NCBI GenBank assembly: GCA_028682915.1
Contig: JAJRAN010000076.1
Coordinates: 1-50,650, forward strand
Source of the DNA: Methanomassiliicoccales archaeon
GTDB lineage: Archaea; Thermoplasmatota; Thermoplasmata; Methanomassiliicoccales; UBA472
Length of the DNA stretch: 50,650 nt
Direction: 5' to 3'
A model generated the notes under the pieces. The model searched no databases, was not told the origin of the DNA, and was given only the letters and a program-made list of their open reading frames with translations. This document shows positions 1-8,614 of this stretch, in pieces (the stretch's first letter is position 1; each line of letters opens with the position of its first letter). Made by a program: the position numbers and the translations under genes.

Positions 1-19
1 AATGCCAGGATAGGCACTG

Positions 20-58
20 GGCTACTTTCAGCCCACTCCCCCCTCCACCCCTTTATAC
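20..58 (+). promoter_or_regulatory. Promoter of the RadA-like gene: ACTTTC box (24-29), C-rich tract, TATA-like TTTATAC (52-58)
   Basis: 30/39 identical, ungapped, to 2753-2791 upstream of the polB2 operon; TATA-like element about 35 nt before the ATG at 92. Confidence 0.75.
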
Positions 59-91
59 GCCGGAGCGCAAGGGGGTACATAGGGGAGGCGA

Positions 92-838
92 ATGAGCCAA
101 TATCTAGAAGCGGACGCGCCCGGCTCCGGGGCGGTGAGCGTCGAGGCCAACAGGGAGCTGATACAGACGCGCCCGCAGCGGCGGCTGAGCACGTCCGTCA
201 AGGCGCTCGACGACTTCATCGGGGGGTTCCCCTCCTCCCAGGTCACGCTGATCGACTCCTCGGACCGCCTGGTGCTCGACATCGTCCACCTCCTCTGCGT
301 CAACCAGGTGCTGGAGGAGGGCCGGGACGTGGTATGGGTGGACGGGGGGAACTCGGTGAACCCCTACGCCCTAACCAGCCTGTGCAAGCGCTTCCGGGTG
401 CGCTCGGGCGAGGTGCTGGAGAGCGTGAACGTGTCCCGCGCCTTCACCGCCTACCAGCTCGTGACCTTGATAGAGGAGATGATGGAGGCGGAGGTCGCCA
501 GGACCAGGGCCGGCCTCCTGGTAGTGACGTCATTCCCCGACCTGTTCCAGGACAAGGACATGTGGTGGTCCGAGTCCCTGCAGCTGATGAAGCGGTGCCT
601 TGCCTGCATGCGCGAGGTGACCAGGAGGCACGGCACCGTCACCCTCGTCACCAACCTCGGCCTGTCTAAAATGCTGTACAAGAAGAGCCTGCGCAGCCTG
701 ATGTACTCCTCCGCGGACCAGGTGCTGCGTATCGAGAGCCAGCGCGCCGCGCTCCGGATCAGCGTGGTCAACGAGGGGCGCAGCATGCTCTATCACCCCG
801 TCCCCTACTACCAGCGCACCCTGGACGAGTTCCGGTGA
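92..838 (+). CDS. RadA/Rad51-like paralog lacking Walker A (PolB2-associated, ImuA-like) with C-terminal PIP-box-like motif
   Basis: RecA-fold signatures LSTSVKALDDFIGG, VVWVDGGNS, VSRAFTAYQL; P-loop position reads IDSSDRL (no GxxxxGK[ST]); ends QRTLDEF; RBS GGGGAGG. Confidence 0.8.
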   Translation: MSQYLEADAPGSGAVSVEANRELIQTRPQRRLSTSVKALDDFIGGFPSSQVTLIDSSDRLVLDIVHLLCVNQVLEEGRDVVWVDGGNSVNPYALTSLCKRFRVRSGEVLESVNVSRAFTAYQLVTLIEEMMEAEVARTRAGLLVVTSFPDLFQDKDMWWSESLQLMKRCLACMREVTRRHGTVTLVTNLGLSKMLYKKSLRSLMYSSADQVLRIESQRAALRISVVNEGRSMLYHPVPYYQRTLDEFR

Positions 839-903
839 TGCCTAGGCGCGCACCTGACACCTTTAAGCAGGGGGAGTTGCCTAACAGCCTGAGGAGATTC
901 ACC

Positions 904-1317
904 ATGGCGAAGAAGACCAAGAAGGGTTTCGTGGGCAAGATCGAGAAGGATACGATCAAGAATGCGGATTTCCGCCGCGTGCTCTACACCGGCAAGTACA
1001 GCCAGCTGGTGCTGATGAGCCTGAAACCAGGGGAGGAGATCGGGGAGGAGGTGCACGGCGACGTGGACCAGTTCTTCCGCTTCGAGGAAGGCAAGGGACT
1101 CGTGGTCATCGATGACGTCGAGAACGAGGTGAAGGACGGCATGGCAGTGGTCGTCCCATCTGGTGCCAAGCATAACGTGATCAACACCTCCAAGAAGAAC
1201 GACCTCAAGCTGTACACCATCTACTCGCCCCCGGAGCATCAGGACGGGGTGGTGCGCCACACCAAGCAGGAAGCGATGGACAAAGAGGAGCACTACGACG
1301 GGAAGCCGACGGAGTGA
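904..1317 (+). CDS. Cupin domain protein
   Basis: Cupin motifs GEEIGEEVH..DQFFRFEEGKG and VVVPSGAKHNVIN; ATG at 904 after GAGGAG. Confidence 0.85.
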   Translation: MAKKTKKGFVGKIEKDTIKNADFRRVLYTGKYSQLVLMSLKPGEEIGEEVHGDVDQFFRFEEGKGLVVIDDVENEVKDGMAVVVPSGAKHNVINTSKKNDLKLYTIYSPPEHQDGVVRHTKQEAMDKEEHYDGKPTE

Positions 1318-1401
1318 TTTGTAAATAGGGCCAGCAAACCGTTTACCTTCTTTCTCTCAACTCGAGCTTTGCATCAGTTTCAAGACAGTTCGAAATGTTT
1401 A

Positions 1402-1446
1402 TATGTTAGTTTAACATAACATTTTGTTAGACATAGATAATATGTC
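1402..1446. promoter_or_regulatory. Nested palindromes, probable operator of the DUF2178-XRE operon
   Basis: TATGTTA-gtt-TAACATA (1402-1418), TAACA-ttt-TGTTA (1417-1429) and GACATA-N5-TATGTC (1430-1446), directly after TTTATA. Confidence 0.6.
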
Positions 1447-1460
1447 GGAGGTGAAGTAAA

Positions 1461-1883
1461 ATGGATGAGATGACGAGGAGATGGGTGATGGTGGGCATCA
1501 CCACGGTTGTCCTGTTGGCGATCGCGCTCATAATCACCCTGACCGAAGGAATCAACGTCTGGTCGATGTTGATGCTCGTGGCCATAGTGGCATTAGCGCT
1601 GGTAGCTATCGCGATGGTGGTCAAGTCCCAGAGGGAGATAAAGAGCGGCTTCCCCAAGCAGGACGAGAGGTCGATCGCCCTCAGCATGCGCGCCGGCAAC
1701 AAGGCGTTCTACGTTAGCATGTACCTGTTCCTATTCATGGGCTTGGGACTCATGAGTCTGGATGACCAAGAGATGTTGATCTCCAACGCCGAGCTGCTAC
1801 TATTAGCCGTAGCCATCATGGGCTCGATCCATATCGTCCTCAGCGCCTACTACAACCGAAAGGGAAGAGTGGGGCAGGAATGA
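1461..1883 (+). CDS. DUF2178-like membrane protein
   Basis: Four hydrophobic helices, DER motif (KQDERS...RAG..AF), coupled to a short XRE gene; RBS GGAGGTG. Confidence 0.75.
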   Translation: MDEMTRRWVMVGITTVVLLAIALIITLTEGINVWSMLMLVAIVALALVAIAMVVKSQREIKSGFPKQDERSIALSMRAGNKAFYVSMYLFLFMGLGLMSLDDQEMLISNAELLLLAVAIMGSIHIVLSAYYNRKGRVGQE

Positions 1884-2074
1884 GGACCAGGATCAAGGAG
1901 CTCAGGGCGCGATACGGCATGACCCAGGAGGACCTGGCCAAGATGGTCGGCGTGCGCAGGGAGACCATCCTCTTCATCGAGAAGGGCGAGTACAATCCCT
2001 CGTTGAACCTGGCGCATGCCATCGCCAGGGCGCTGAAGACCTCCATCGACGAGCTGTTCCTCTTCGACGACTGA
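1880..2074 (+). CDS. XRE/Cro-C1 family HTH transcriptional regulator
   Basis: [36 protein letters not shown]; ATGA overlap with upstream gene. Confidence 0.92.
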   Translation: MRTRIKELRARYGMTQEDLAKMVGVRRETILFIEKGEYNPSLNLAHAIARALKTSIDELFLFDD

Positions 2075-2109
2075 TGCGTTCCGGGACAGCTCGGCTAGGC
2101 GCCCTTTCT

Positions 2110-2724
2110 CTACTCTTTCGCGCTCTGACCCACCTTCCGGTTCTCGGCCGCCGCGCGCGCTATCTCCTCCACCCGCTTGGCCCGGGTCTCGGGGCGCTTG
2201 GCGCTGAGCACCCAGTAGATGGCCTGCTTCTTGTAGGAAGCGATGAAGGACTCGAAGTTCTCCTTGGCCGGAGGATGGGCCAGTAGGGCCTCTTCCAGGT
2301 CAACCGGGACCTTCAGCTCCTCAACGTCCTCGATCATGTTCCAGCTGCCGTTCCTCTTGGCAGCCTCGATCCTTTCCATGCCCGCTGGGGTCATCAGGCC
2401 CTGCTCGATCAGCTTCCTGGCGCGCTCCTTGTTCGACCTGGACCAGATGCTTTTCGGCCTGCGCGGGGACATGTGTATCTTGAAGCGCTCCTCGTCCATG
2501 ACGTTGGGGCGGCTGTCTATCCAGCCGAAGCAGAGCGCCTCCTCCACCGCTTCCACGTAGGAGATGCCCTCCCTCCTCGCTCCCTTCTTGACCAGGACCA
2601 GAAAGACGCTCGCAGTCTGCTCGTGGTTCTTCTCCAACCATTTCCGCCACTTCGCCCGGTCCATGTCGTACAGGACCTCGAGCTGGTCATCGCCCTTGGC
2701 CGTTCGCGCACGCCCCTGGCGCAT
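2110..2724 (-). CDS. YdeI/OmpD-associated family protein
   Basis: WRKWLEKNH, AVEEALCFGWIDS, PRRPKSIWS..NK, AKRPETRAKR; exact start uncertain. Confidence 0.85.
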   Translation of the reverse strand: MRQGRARTAKGDDQLEVLYDMDRAKWRKWLEKNHEQTASVFLVLVKKGARREGISYVEAVEEALCFGWIDSRPNVMDEERFKIHMSPRRPKSIWSRSNKERARKLIEQGLMTPAGMERIEAAKRNGSWNMIEDVEELKVPVDLEEALLAHPPAKENFESFIASYKKQAIYWVLSAKRPETRAKRVEEIARAAAENRKVGQSAKE

Positions 2725-2752
2725 TATCGTCGCCCGGGCTAAAGAATGTCTT

Positions 2753-2791
2753 GGCCACTTTCGCGCATCTCCCCCCTCCCTCCCTTAATAC
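2753..2791 (+). promoter_or_regulatory. Promoter of the small-protein/polB2 operon: ACTTTC box (2757-2762), C-rich tract, TATA-like TTAATAC (2785-2791)
   Basis: Same architecture and spacing as 20-58; RBS GGTGAT at 2813-2818. Confidence 0.75.
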
Positions 2792-2821
2792 CCTCTCCAC
2801 CGAACTAGGCACGGTGATCCC

Positions 2822-3088
2822 ATGGGGAGGACCGTACCGACGTACCGCATGACCCTCGAGTCCATAATCCAGAGCTGGTCCGATTATCGCCGGGCATTGC
2901 CCAAGGAGGACAGGGACGCGTTCGACCGGATGGTGAACCGGGCGAGGATGCACGCCTCCGCCTCCACCTACGCGGCGTTCCCGGACCCGGTGGAGGGCGC
3001 CCTGCTCTCCATCCTCCTGGAGCAGGAGAAGGAGATCCGACGGCTGAGGAAGAAGGATGAGGGGCTGGATACTGGACTGCTACCCTGA
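2822..3088 (+). CDS. Small helical protein typically encoded with archaeal PolB2 (arCOG07300-like)
   Basis: MGRTVPTYR...W..YRRAL..EDR..FD pattern; overlaps the polB start. Confidence 0.75.
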   Translation: MGRTVPTYRMTLESIIQSWSDYRRALPKEDRDAFDRMVNRARMHASASTYAAFPDPVEGALLSILLEQEKEIRRLRKKDEGLDTGLLP

Positions 3089-5270
3089 CTACGAGCACGA
3101 CTGCATCGTAGTCTGGCTCAAGACCGAGCATGGGGTCGACAAGCTGGTCGACCGCCGCTTCCGGCCCTCGTTCTACGTCAAGGCCTCTTCCGACAAGCTG
3201 GGCAAGGTGGAGGAGGGGTTGCGCATGCTCGGCGTGAACGACGTCGAGACAGAGGCGCGCACCACGCTCATGGACCCTAGGCCGCGCCCGTTCCTCAAGG
3301 TCACGCTGGACGAGTACCGCCAGCTCAACCAGCTGGTGAGGCTGGTGGACATGTGGGGCCACTACCGCGACCACGAGCTGTACAACGTGGACCTGAGGTT
3401 CGACCAGCGCTACTTCCTGGAGAAGGGGGTCTTCCCCATGGGGTTGCTGGAGGTGGGCACCGAGTACCGCATGCTCGACTCCCAGGACCTCGTCCACTAC
3501 CCCGTCCCGCCCTTGAGCGCGGTGCAGATCAAGGTCCAGGTGCAGGCGGCGCGGGGCATCCCCACCAACGATGACCCGATTATGCAGGTGAGCGTCGACG
3601 AGGACGTCCTGGAAGGGCCGGAGGACGCCGTCTTGGATGACCTGCTGGAGATCCTCTCCTCCAAGGACCCGGACATCATCTACACCGAGGAGGGCGACGA
3701 GTTCTACATGGAGTATCTGGCGGAGAGGGCGAGACGCTGCGGCCTGGAGAGCTTCGACCTGGGCCGGGAGAAGGGCGTCCGGGTCTCCAAGGGCAAGAGC
3801 TACTTCACCTACGGCCGCATAATGTACAAGCCCCCGGCGCACAAGCTGCGCGGCCGCATCCACCTGGACTCAGGAGGCTCGGCCACCTACGCCCGTAGCG
3901 GCGTCTACGGGCTGATCGACGTCTCCAGGCTGTCGCTCATCTCCGTGCAGGAGCTCGCCCGACTCTCGCCCGGCACGGCCATCAGCGCCATGCAGATCAA
4001 CCAGGCCATCAAGGACGGGCACCTGGTGCTGTGGAAGAAGAACCTGCCCGAGGGGTTCAAGACCGCCGGGCACCTGCTGAACTCCGACCGAGGAGGGTTC
4101 ATCTACGAGCCCGAGGTGGGCATCCACGACCACGTGGCCGAGGTGGACTTCGCATCGCTGTACCCGAGCATCATCGTGCGCCACAACATCTCGCCCGAGA
4201 CGCTCACATGCCAATGCTGCCCGGACACCACCAAGTTCGTGCCAGGGATAGGATACCCGACCTGCGTCAGGCGCGTGGGCCTGCTGCCCAAGGTCCTGGA
4301 GCCGGTGATCAAGCGCCGCCTGGAGCTGAAGCGCCTGCTGAGGGAGAAGAGGGTCGCTGGCCTGGAGAGGGAGGCGGTCGAGCAGAGGTCCGACCTGCTG
4401 AAGTGGATCCTGGTCACCTGCTTCGGGTATACGGGGTACAGGAACGCGCGCTTCGGCCGCATCGAGTGCCACGAGAGCATCAACGCCTACGGGCGCGAGA
4501 TACTGCTTCGCACCACGGAGATGGCCGAGGAGCGAGGGTTCCATGTCCTGCATGGCATAGTGGACTCGCTCTGGCTCAAGGGGGAGGGGGACCCGCAGGC
4601 CTTCTGCGACGAGGTGTCGGAGGAGATCGGCATCTCCCTGCAGCTGGACGGCGTGTTCAAATGGGTGGTCTTCCTGCCCAGCGTCTCCACGGGGGTGGGC
4701 GCGCTCAACCGCTACTACGGCCTCTTCCAGGACGGGGAGCTGAAGCTGCGGGGGGTGTTCCTGCGCAAGAGCGACACCATCGAGCTGGCCAGGGACCTGC
4801 AGAACGACATGCTGGAGGTGTTCTGCAAGGCGGACGACGCGCGCGAGTTCCAGGAGCGCATCCCCGAGGCGCTGGAGGTCCTGGACTCGCACCTGGGCAA
4901 GGTGCGCTCGTTCGAGGCGCCATTGGAGAAGCTGGTGGTGCGCCACAGGGTGGCGAAGGGACTGGAGGAGTACTCGCAGTTCAACGACTCCTACGCGGCT
5001 CTGAGGCAGATGCGGGAGAGGGGCTTCGACGTGCCGCCAGGGAGAAGCGTGGAGTACGTGATCCTCGACGGCCGGAGCAAGAGCGTCTGGGAGCGGGTCA
5101 AGGCCGCCCCCTTCCTGCGCGGCGACGAGCGCTACGACCCCGCCGAGTACGAGGACCTGCTGCTGCGAGCGGCGGCGGACCTGCTGCTGCCCTTCGGCTG
5201 GAGGTTCGAGGCGCTGAAGGAGCGCGCTCACCACAGGAGGCCGATCGCCGCGCTCTCGATGCCGATGTAG
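3057..5270 (+). CDS. polB2: Family B DNA polymerase, PolB2 group (degenerate exonuclease)
   Basis: Motif A DFASLYPSII intact; motif B KWILVTCFGYTG; motif C HGIVDSLW in place of YGDTDS; no clear ExoI DxE. Confidence 0.88.
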   Translation: MRGWILDCYPDYEHDCIVVWLKTEHGVDKLVDRRFRPSFYVKASSDKLGKVEEGLRMLGVNDVETEARTTLMDPRPRPFLKVTLDEYRQLNQLVRLVDMWGHYRDHELYNVDLRFDQRYFLEKGVFPMGLLEVGTEYRMLDSQDLVHYPVPPLSAVQIKVQVQAARGIPTNDDPIMQVSVDEDVLEGPEDAVLDDLLEILSSKDPDIIYTEEGDEFYMEYLAERARRCGLESFDLGREKGVRVSKGKSYFTYGRIMYKPPAHKLRGRIHLDSGGSATYARSGVYGLIDVSRLSLISVQELARLSPGTAISAMQINQAIKDGHLVLWKKNLPEGFKTAGHLLNSDRGGFIYEPEVGIHDHVAEVDFASLYPSIIVRHNISPETLTCQCCPDTTKFVPGIGYPTCVRRVGLLPKVLEPVIKRRLELKRLLREKRVAGLEREAVEQRSDLLKWILVTCFGYTGYRNARFGRIECHESINAYGREILLRTTEMAEERGFHVLHGIVDSLWLKGEGDPQAFCDEVSEEIGISLQLDGVFKWVVFLPSVSTGVGALNRYYGLFQDGELKLRGVFLRKSDTIELARDLQNDMLEVFCKADDAREFQERIPEALEVLDSHLGKVRSFEAPLEKLVVRHRVAKGLEEYSQFNDSYAALRQMRERGFDVPPGRSVEYVILDGRSKSVWERVKAAPFLRGDERYDPAEYEDLLLRAAADLLLPFGWRFEALKERAHHRRPIAALSMPM

Positions 5271-6826
5271 AAGAGGAGCAGGGGGAGGAGCAGGCAGCCG
5301 GTCAGATGCACCCTTCTCACGCCCAGGCTGGGAGGGAGGAGGCCGACCAGCGTCGCCACCCCAACCACCAGAAGGCCAGGCAGGCCGTTGAAGGCCAGGA
5401 TGAGGGCGGTGAGCACCAATATCACGATGAGGTTGAGCCTTCCCATGTCCCTCCCGGCGGCCTTCTTGGAGAAGAGGCCCCCGGCCCAAAGGGTGGCATG
5501 ATAGCCTATGGCGGAGGCCACCAGGACCGCGACCAGGAGCGATGAGGACCAAGCTCCGGGGAAGGAGGAAAGGGAGCCCATCCCCTCCTGGCCGACCGCG
5601 CTCTTGAGCGCCAGCATGGCCCCGCTCCGCCCGCTGCCCTCGATACATAGGGCCAGGAGGCTGAAGACCACCGAGGACGTTCCCACCGCGGAGAGCATCA
5701 GAATGTATTCCTTGGTGCCCTGCTCCTCGTCCTTGGGGCGGGGAACGAAACATGATCCGATGACCGTCCCGATGGTGGAGGTCACCCCCGGCATCCATCC
5801 GGACAGGAAGCCAGCGAAGGTGCCGGTGAGGGCGGGGAGGAAGGGGGGACGCTGGTCGCCGGCCGCCGCCTGCGGAGGTATGGGAGCGGAGGAGGCGGCC
5901 GAGAGCAGGGCGGGGAATGCGAAAAGCCCCGAGAGCAGGGGGAAGAGCAGGCTCTGCCCCCAGCCCTGGAAGGTCCCGGCGAGCGGTGGATAGGAATTCA
6001 TCACCACGAAGCCGAGCAGACCGGACAGTGCGAGGACCGCCAGCGCCATCAGCTTGCTCCTCGCCGACCCCTTCCTCACCACCCAGACCCCCTGCACGGT
6101 CACGAACCCTTTCGGCCGAGGCAACGGGCCGGAGACAACCTTCCAATCACCAAAAGGCGTAGCCAGATGGAACGAACGGGCGCCTCGCCTCGTGACCTTG
6201 CCCGAGAGCTTCGCCTCGCCTCCGTCCACGGGGATGGGGTGACATATGCAGAGCTCCCCGGCGGGAAGGACTTGACCGTCGCGGACATCGATGTGGGCGC
6301 GGGGCTCTTCGTGCCCTCTCTCGGTCAAGACCAGCAGGGCCGCGACGCCGACCAGGAGGAAAGGCACTGAGGCGTCGAGGAGGTCGATCAGAGGGGAGGG
6401 GGGTCGAAGCAGGAGCTGCAGCGGCACCGATAGGAGGATGCCCAGCAAGCCGCCGCAGAGGGAGCCGAAGGCGGCATAACGTATGCCCTCCATCCCCTTT
6501 CCTGACTTGAGGAGCCGGTGGGCTGGCAGCAGGCACAGCACGGTGTCCTCGGCCGGCGCCCCCAGGAAGGCGGAGGGGACGAAGTCGACGAAGGAATGCG
6601 CCGTGGCCGCGGCCACCAGGAACGCGGCGAACAGCAGGGTGCCAGAGAGATGGCAGCCGAGCAAAGATGCGGCGTATGAGAGCCCTGAGGCCAGGGGACC
6701 GAGCAGGGCGAGGAGAACCAGGGCCAGGGTGTTGGCGTGGAATCCGGGGATGAGGGCACATGACGCTCCCAGCACGCCTCCGGCGGCGGACACGCCCACC
6801 ACCATCACGAGAACGCCAGGGTCCAT
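5228..6826 (-). CDS. Archaeal TctA-like (tripartite tricarboxylate transporter permease-like) membrane protein with soluble insertion
   Basis: LIPGFHAN, HSFVDFVPSAFLGAP, LLPAHRLL..G.G, LFPLLSGLF, PGVTS, GRSGA; many TM helices; 3' end overlaps polB2 by 43 nt. Confidence 0.8.
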   Translation of the reverse strand: MDPGVLVMVVGVSAAGGVLGASCALIPGFHANTLALVLLALLGPLASGLSYAASLLGCHLSGTLLFAAFLVAAATAHSFVDFVPSAFLGAPAEDTVLCLLPAHRLLKSGKGMEGIRYAAFGSLCGGLLGILLSVPLQLLLRPPSPLIDLLDASVPFLLVGVAALLVLTERGHEEPRAHIDVRDGQVLPAGELCICHPIPVDGGEAKLSGKVTRRGARSFHLATPFGDWKVVSGPLPRPKGFVTVQGVWVVRKGSARSKLMALAVLALSGLLGFVVMNSYPPLAGTFQGWGQSLLFPLLSGLFAFPALLSAASSAPIPPQAAAGDQRPPFLPALTGTFAGFLSGWMPGVTSTIGTVIGSCFVPRPKDEEQGTKEYILMLSAVGTSSVVFSLLALCIEGSGRSGAMLALKSAVGQEGMGSLSSFPGAWSSSLLVAVLVASAIGYHATLWAGGLFSKKAAGRDMGRLNLIVILVLTALILAFNGLPGLLVVGVATLVGLLPPSLGVRRVHLTGCLLLPLLLFYIGIESAAIGLLW

Positions 6827-6920
6827 GACCTTGCTTCATACCGTCCAGTCATCAATGGGCCGCTTACCCGTAGCATTTCCCTGGCAAGCTTAATACACGG
6901 AGGCACGATTCCTCAGGCCG

Positions 6921-7832
6921 ATGGAATGGGTCATCACCGCAGAAGGCCTCACCAAGAAGTTCGAGGACCTGACGGCAGTCGATCGTGTCTCCTTCCGAAT
7001 CCGGCCGGGGGAGTGCTTCGGGTTCCTAGGCCCCAACGGCGCGGGCAAGACCACCGCGATACGCATGATCCAGTGCGTCTCCCCCATCACCGCGGGAAAG
7101 CTCGAGGTCCTGGGCATGGACGTGACCGAGAGGCCCAGAGAGATCAAGTCCTTGATCGGGGTGTGCCCGCAGGAGGACAACCTCGACCCGGATTTCACCG
7201 CTTGGAAGAACCTCCTCGTATATGCGCGCTACTTCGGGATAGGGAAGGGGCAAGCAGAGGCCAGGGCGAAGGAGCTCCTGGATTTCATGGCCCTCACCGA
7301 GAAGAAGGACGTGGAGATCGAGAAGCTCTCCGGGGGCATGAAGAGGCGGCTGATAATCGCACGCGCCCTCATGAACGACCCCAAGCTCCTGATCCTGGAC
7401 GAGCCGACCACGGGGCTGGACCCTCAGGCGAGGCATCTCATCTGGGACAAGGTGCGGGAGCTTAAGAGGCGGGGGGTGACGGTCATAATCACCACCCACT
7501 ACATGGACGAGGCGCAGCAGCTCTGCGACCGCCTGGTGATCATGGAGAAGGGCAAGATATTGGTGGAGGGGGGGCCCGCGAGCCTCATCTCCGACCATGT
7601 CGGCTCCGGGGTGGTGGAGGTGCTGAGCCCCGACGAGCCGCTTGACAAGTGGCTGAAGGAGAGCGCTTGGACCTATGAGAGGGCAGGGGACCGCGTCTAC
7701 CTTTACACGGACGACAACCGGAAGGTGAGGGAGACCATCCTCAAGGAGAGCCCGAGCGCGAACGTGATCATCAGGGACGCCACCTTGGAGGACGTGTTCC
7801 TCAAGCTCACGGGGAGGGGGCTGCGGGATTGA
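6921..7832 (+). CDS. ABC-2 type exporter ATP-binding protein (NodI-like)
   Basis: GPNGAGKT, LSGGMKRR, LILDEPTTGLD, TTHYMDEA. Confidence 0.93.
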   Translation: MEWVITAEGLTKKFEDLTAVDRVSFRIRPGECFGFLGPNGAGKTTAIRMIQCVSPITAGKLEVLGMDVTERPREIKSLIGVCPQEDNLDPDFTAWKNLLVYARYFGIGKGQAEARAKELLDFMALTEKKDVEIEKLSGGMKRRLIIARALMNDPKLLILDEPTTGLDPQARHLIWDKVRELKRRGVTVIITTHYMDEAQQLCDRLVIMEKGKILVEGGPASLISDHVGSGVVEVLSPDEPLDKWLKESAWTYERAGDRVYLYTDDNRKVRETILKESPSANVIIRDATLEDVFLKLTGRGLRD

Positions 7833-8614
7833 GCCTGGTCTCCAACATCAGCCGTCGCTCTTGGGCGGTGTGGCAGCGCAACAAGGACGTATTCTTCAAG
7901 ACCTGGAAGACCAACTTCCTCCCGCCGTTCCTGGAGCCCATCCTCTATTTGCTGGCCATGGGGTTCGGGTTCGGAATGCTCATACAGGAGCTGCCTCCCC
8001 CGTGGGACGTGTTCAGCTATGCCGAGTTCCTCGGCCCTGGCCTCATCGCCATCTCGGCCATGTACGGGGCGTTCTTCGAATGCACCTACGGCTCCTTCGT
8101 GCGCATGCACTACCAGAAGACGTTCGACGCCATCGTGGCGACGCCCCTCACCTTGGAGGACGTAATTGCTGGGGAGATACTCTGGGGGGCGACGAAGAGC
8201 TTCATCAATGCCACCATAGTGGCGCTGGTGGTCGCGGCCTTCGGCCTGATGTCCTTCCCCAGCTTCCTGGTGATCATCCCCTTGACCTTCCTGGTGGGGC
8301 TGCTCTTCGGAGCCATAGCCATGATGTTCACCGCGCTCGTCCCCAACATCGATTCCTTCAACTATCCCTTCTTCCTGTTCATCACGCCCATGTTCCTGTT
8401 CAGTGGGACGTTCTTCCCTCTGGAGATCCTCCCCCAGGCGGTGCAGGACATCGCCATGCTGCTGCCCCTGACCCACACCACCATCCTGATGCGCAGCTTC
8501 GGGCTCGGCGTCTACGGGGCCGTCGACCTGGTCAGCATAGCGTATCTGGTAGTGCTGACCCTGGTGACCTTCTATGCGGCGATATGGATGATGCGCAGGC
8601 GCCTGGTCAGCTGA
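7829..8614 (+). CDS. ABC-2 type exporter permease (NodJ-like)
   Basis: Six TM helices, EPILYLLAMG.G.G, FSGTFFPL, PLTH; TTG start overlapping upstream stop. Confidence 0.9.
   Translation: MSLVSNISRRSWAVWQRNKDVFFKTWKTNFLPPFLEPILYLLAMGFGFGMLIQELPPPWDVFSYAEFLGPGLIAISAMYGAFFECTYGSFVRMHYQKTFDAIVATPLTLEDVIAGEILWGATKSFINATIVALVVAAFGLMSFPSFLVIIPLTFLVGLLFGAIAMMFTALVPNIDSFNYPFFLFITPMFLFSGTFFPLEILPQAVQDIAMLLPLTHTTILMRSFGLGVYGAVDLVSIAYLVVLTLVTFYAAIWMMRRRLVS

Noticed and set aside
3057-5270. Casposon or viral origin of PolB given a Cas4 gene nearby
   Set aside because: No Cas1 or terminal repeats seen; motifs and partner genes fit cellular PolB2, not protein-primed PolB
3870-6146. 758-aa minus-strand ORF, and similar long ORFs at 2805-3863, 4031-5545, 19064-20245 and 20688-22718
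   Set aside because: Shadow frames of well-supported genes in high-GC DNA; Arg/Gly/Pro-rich with no motifs
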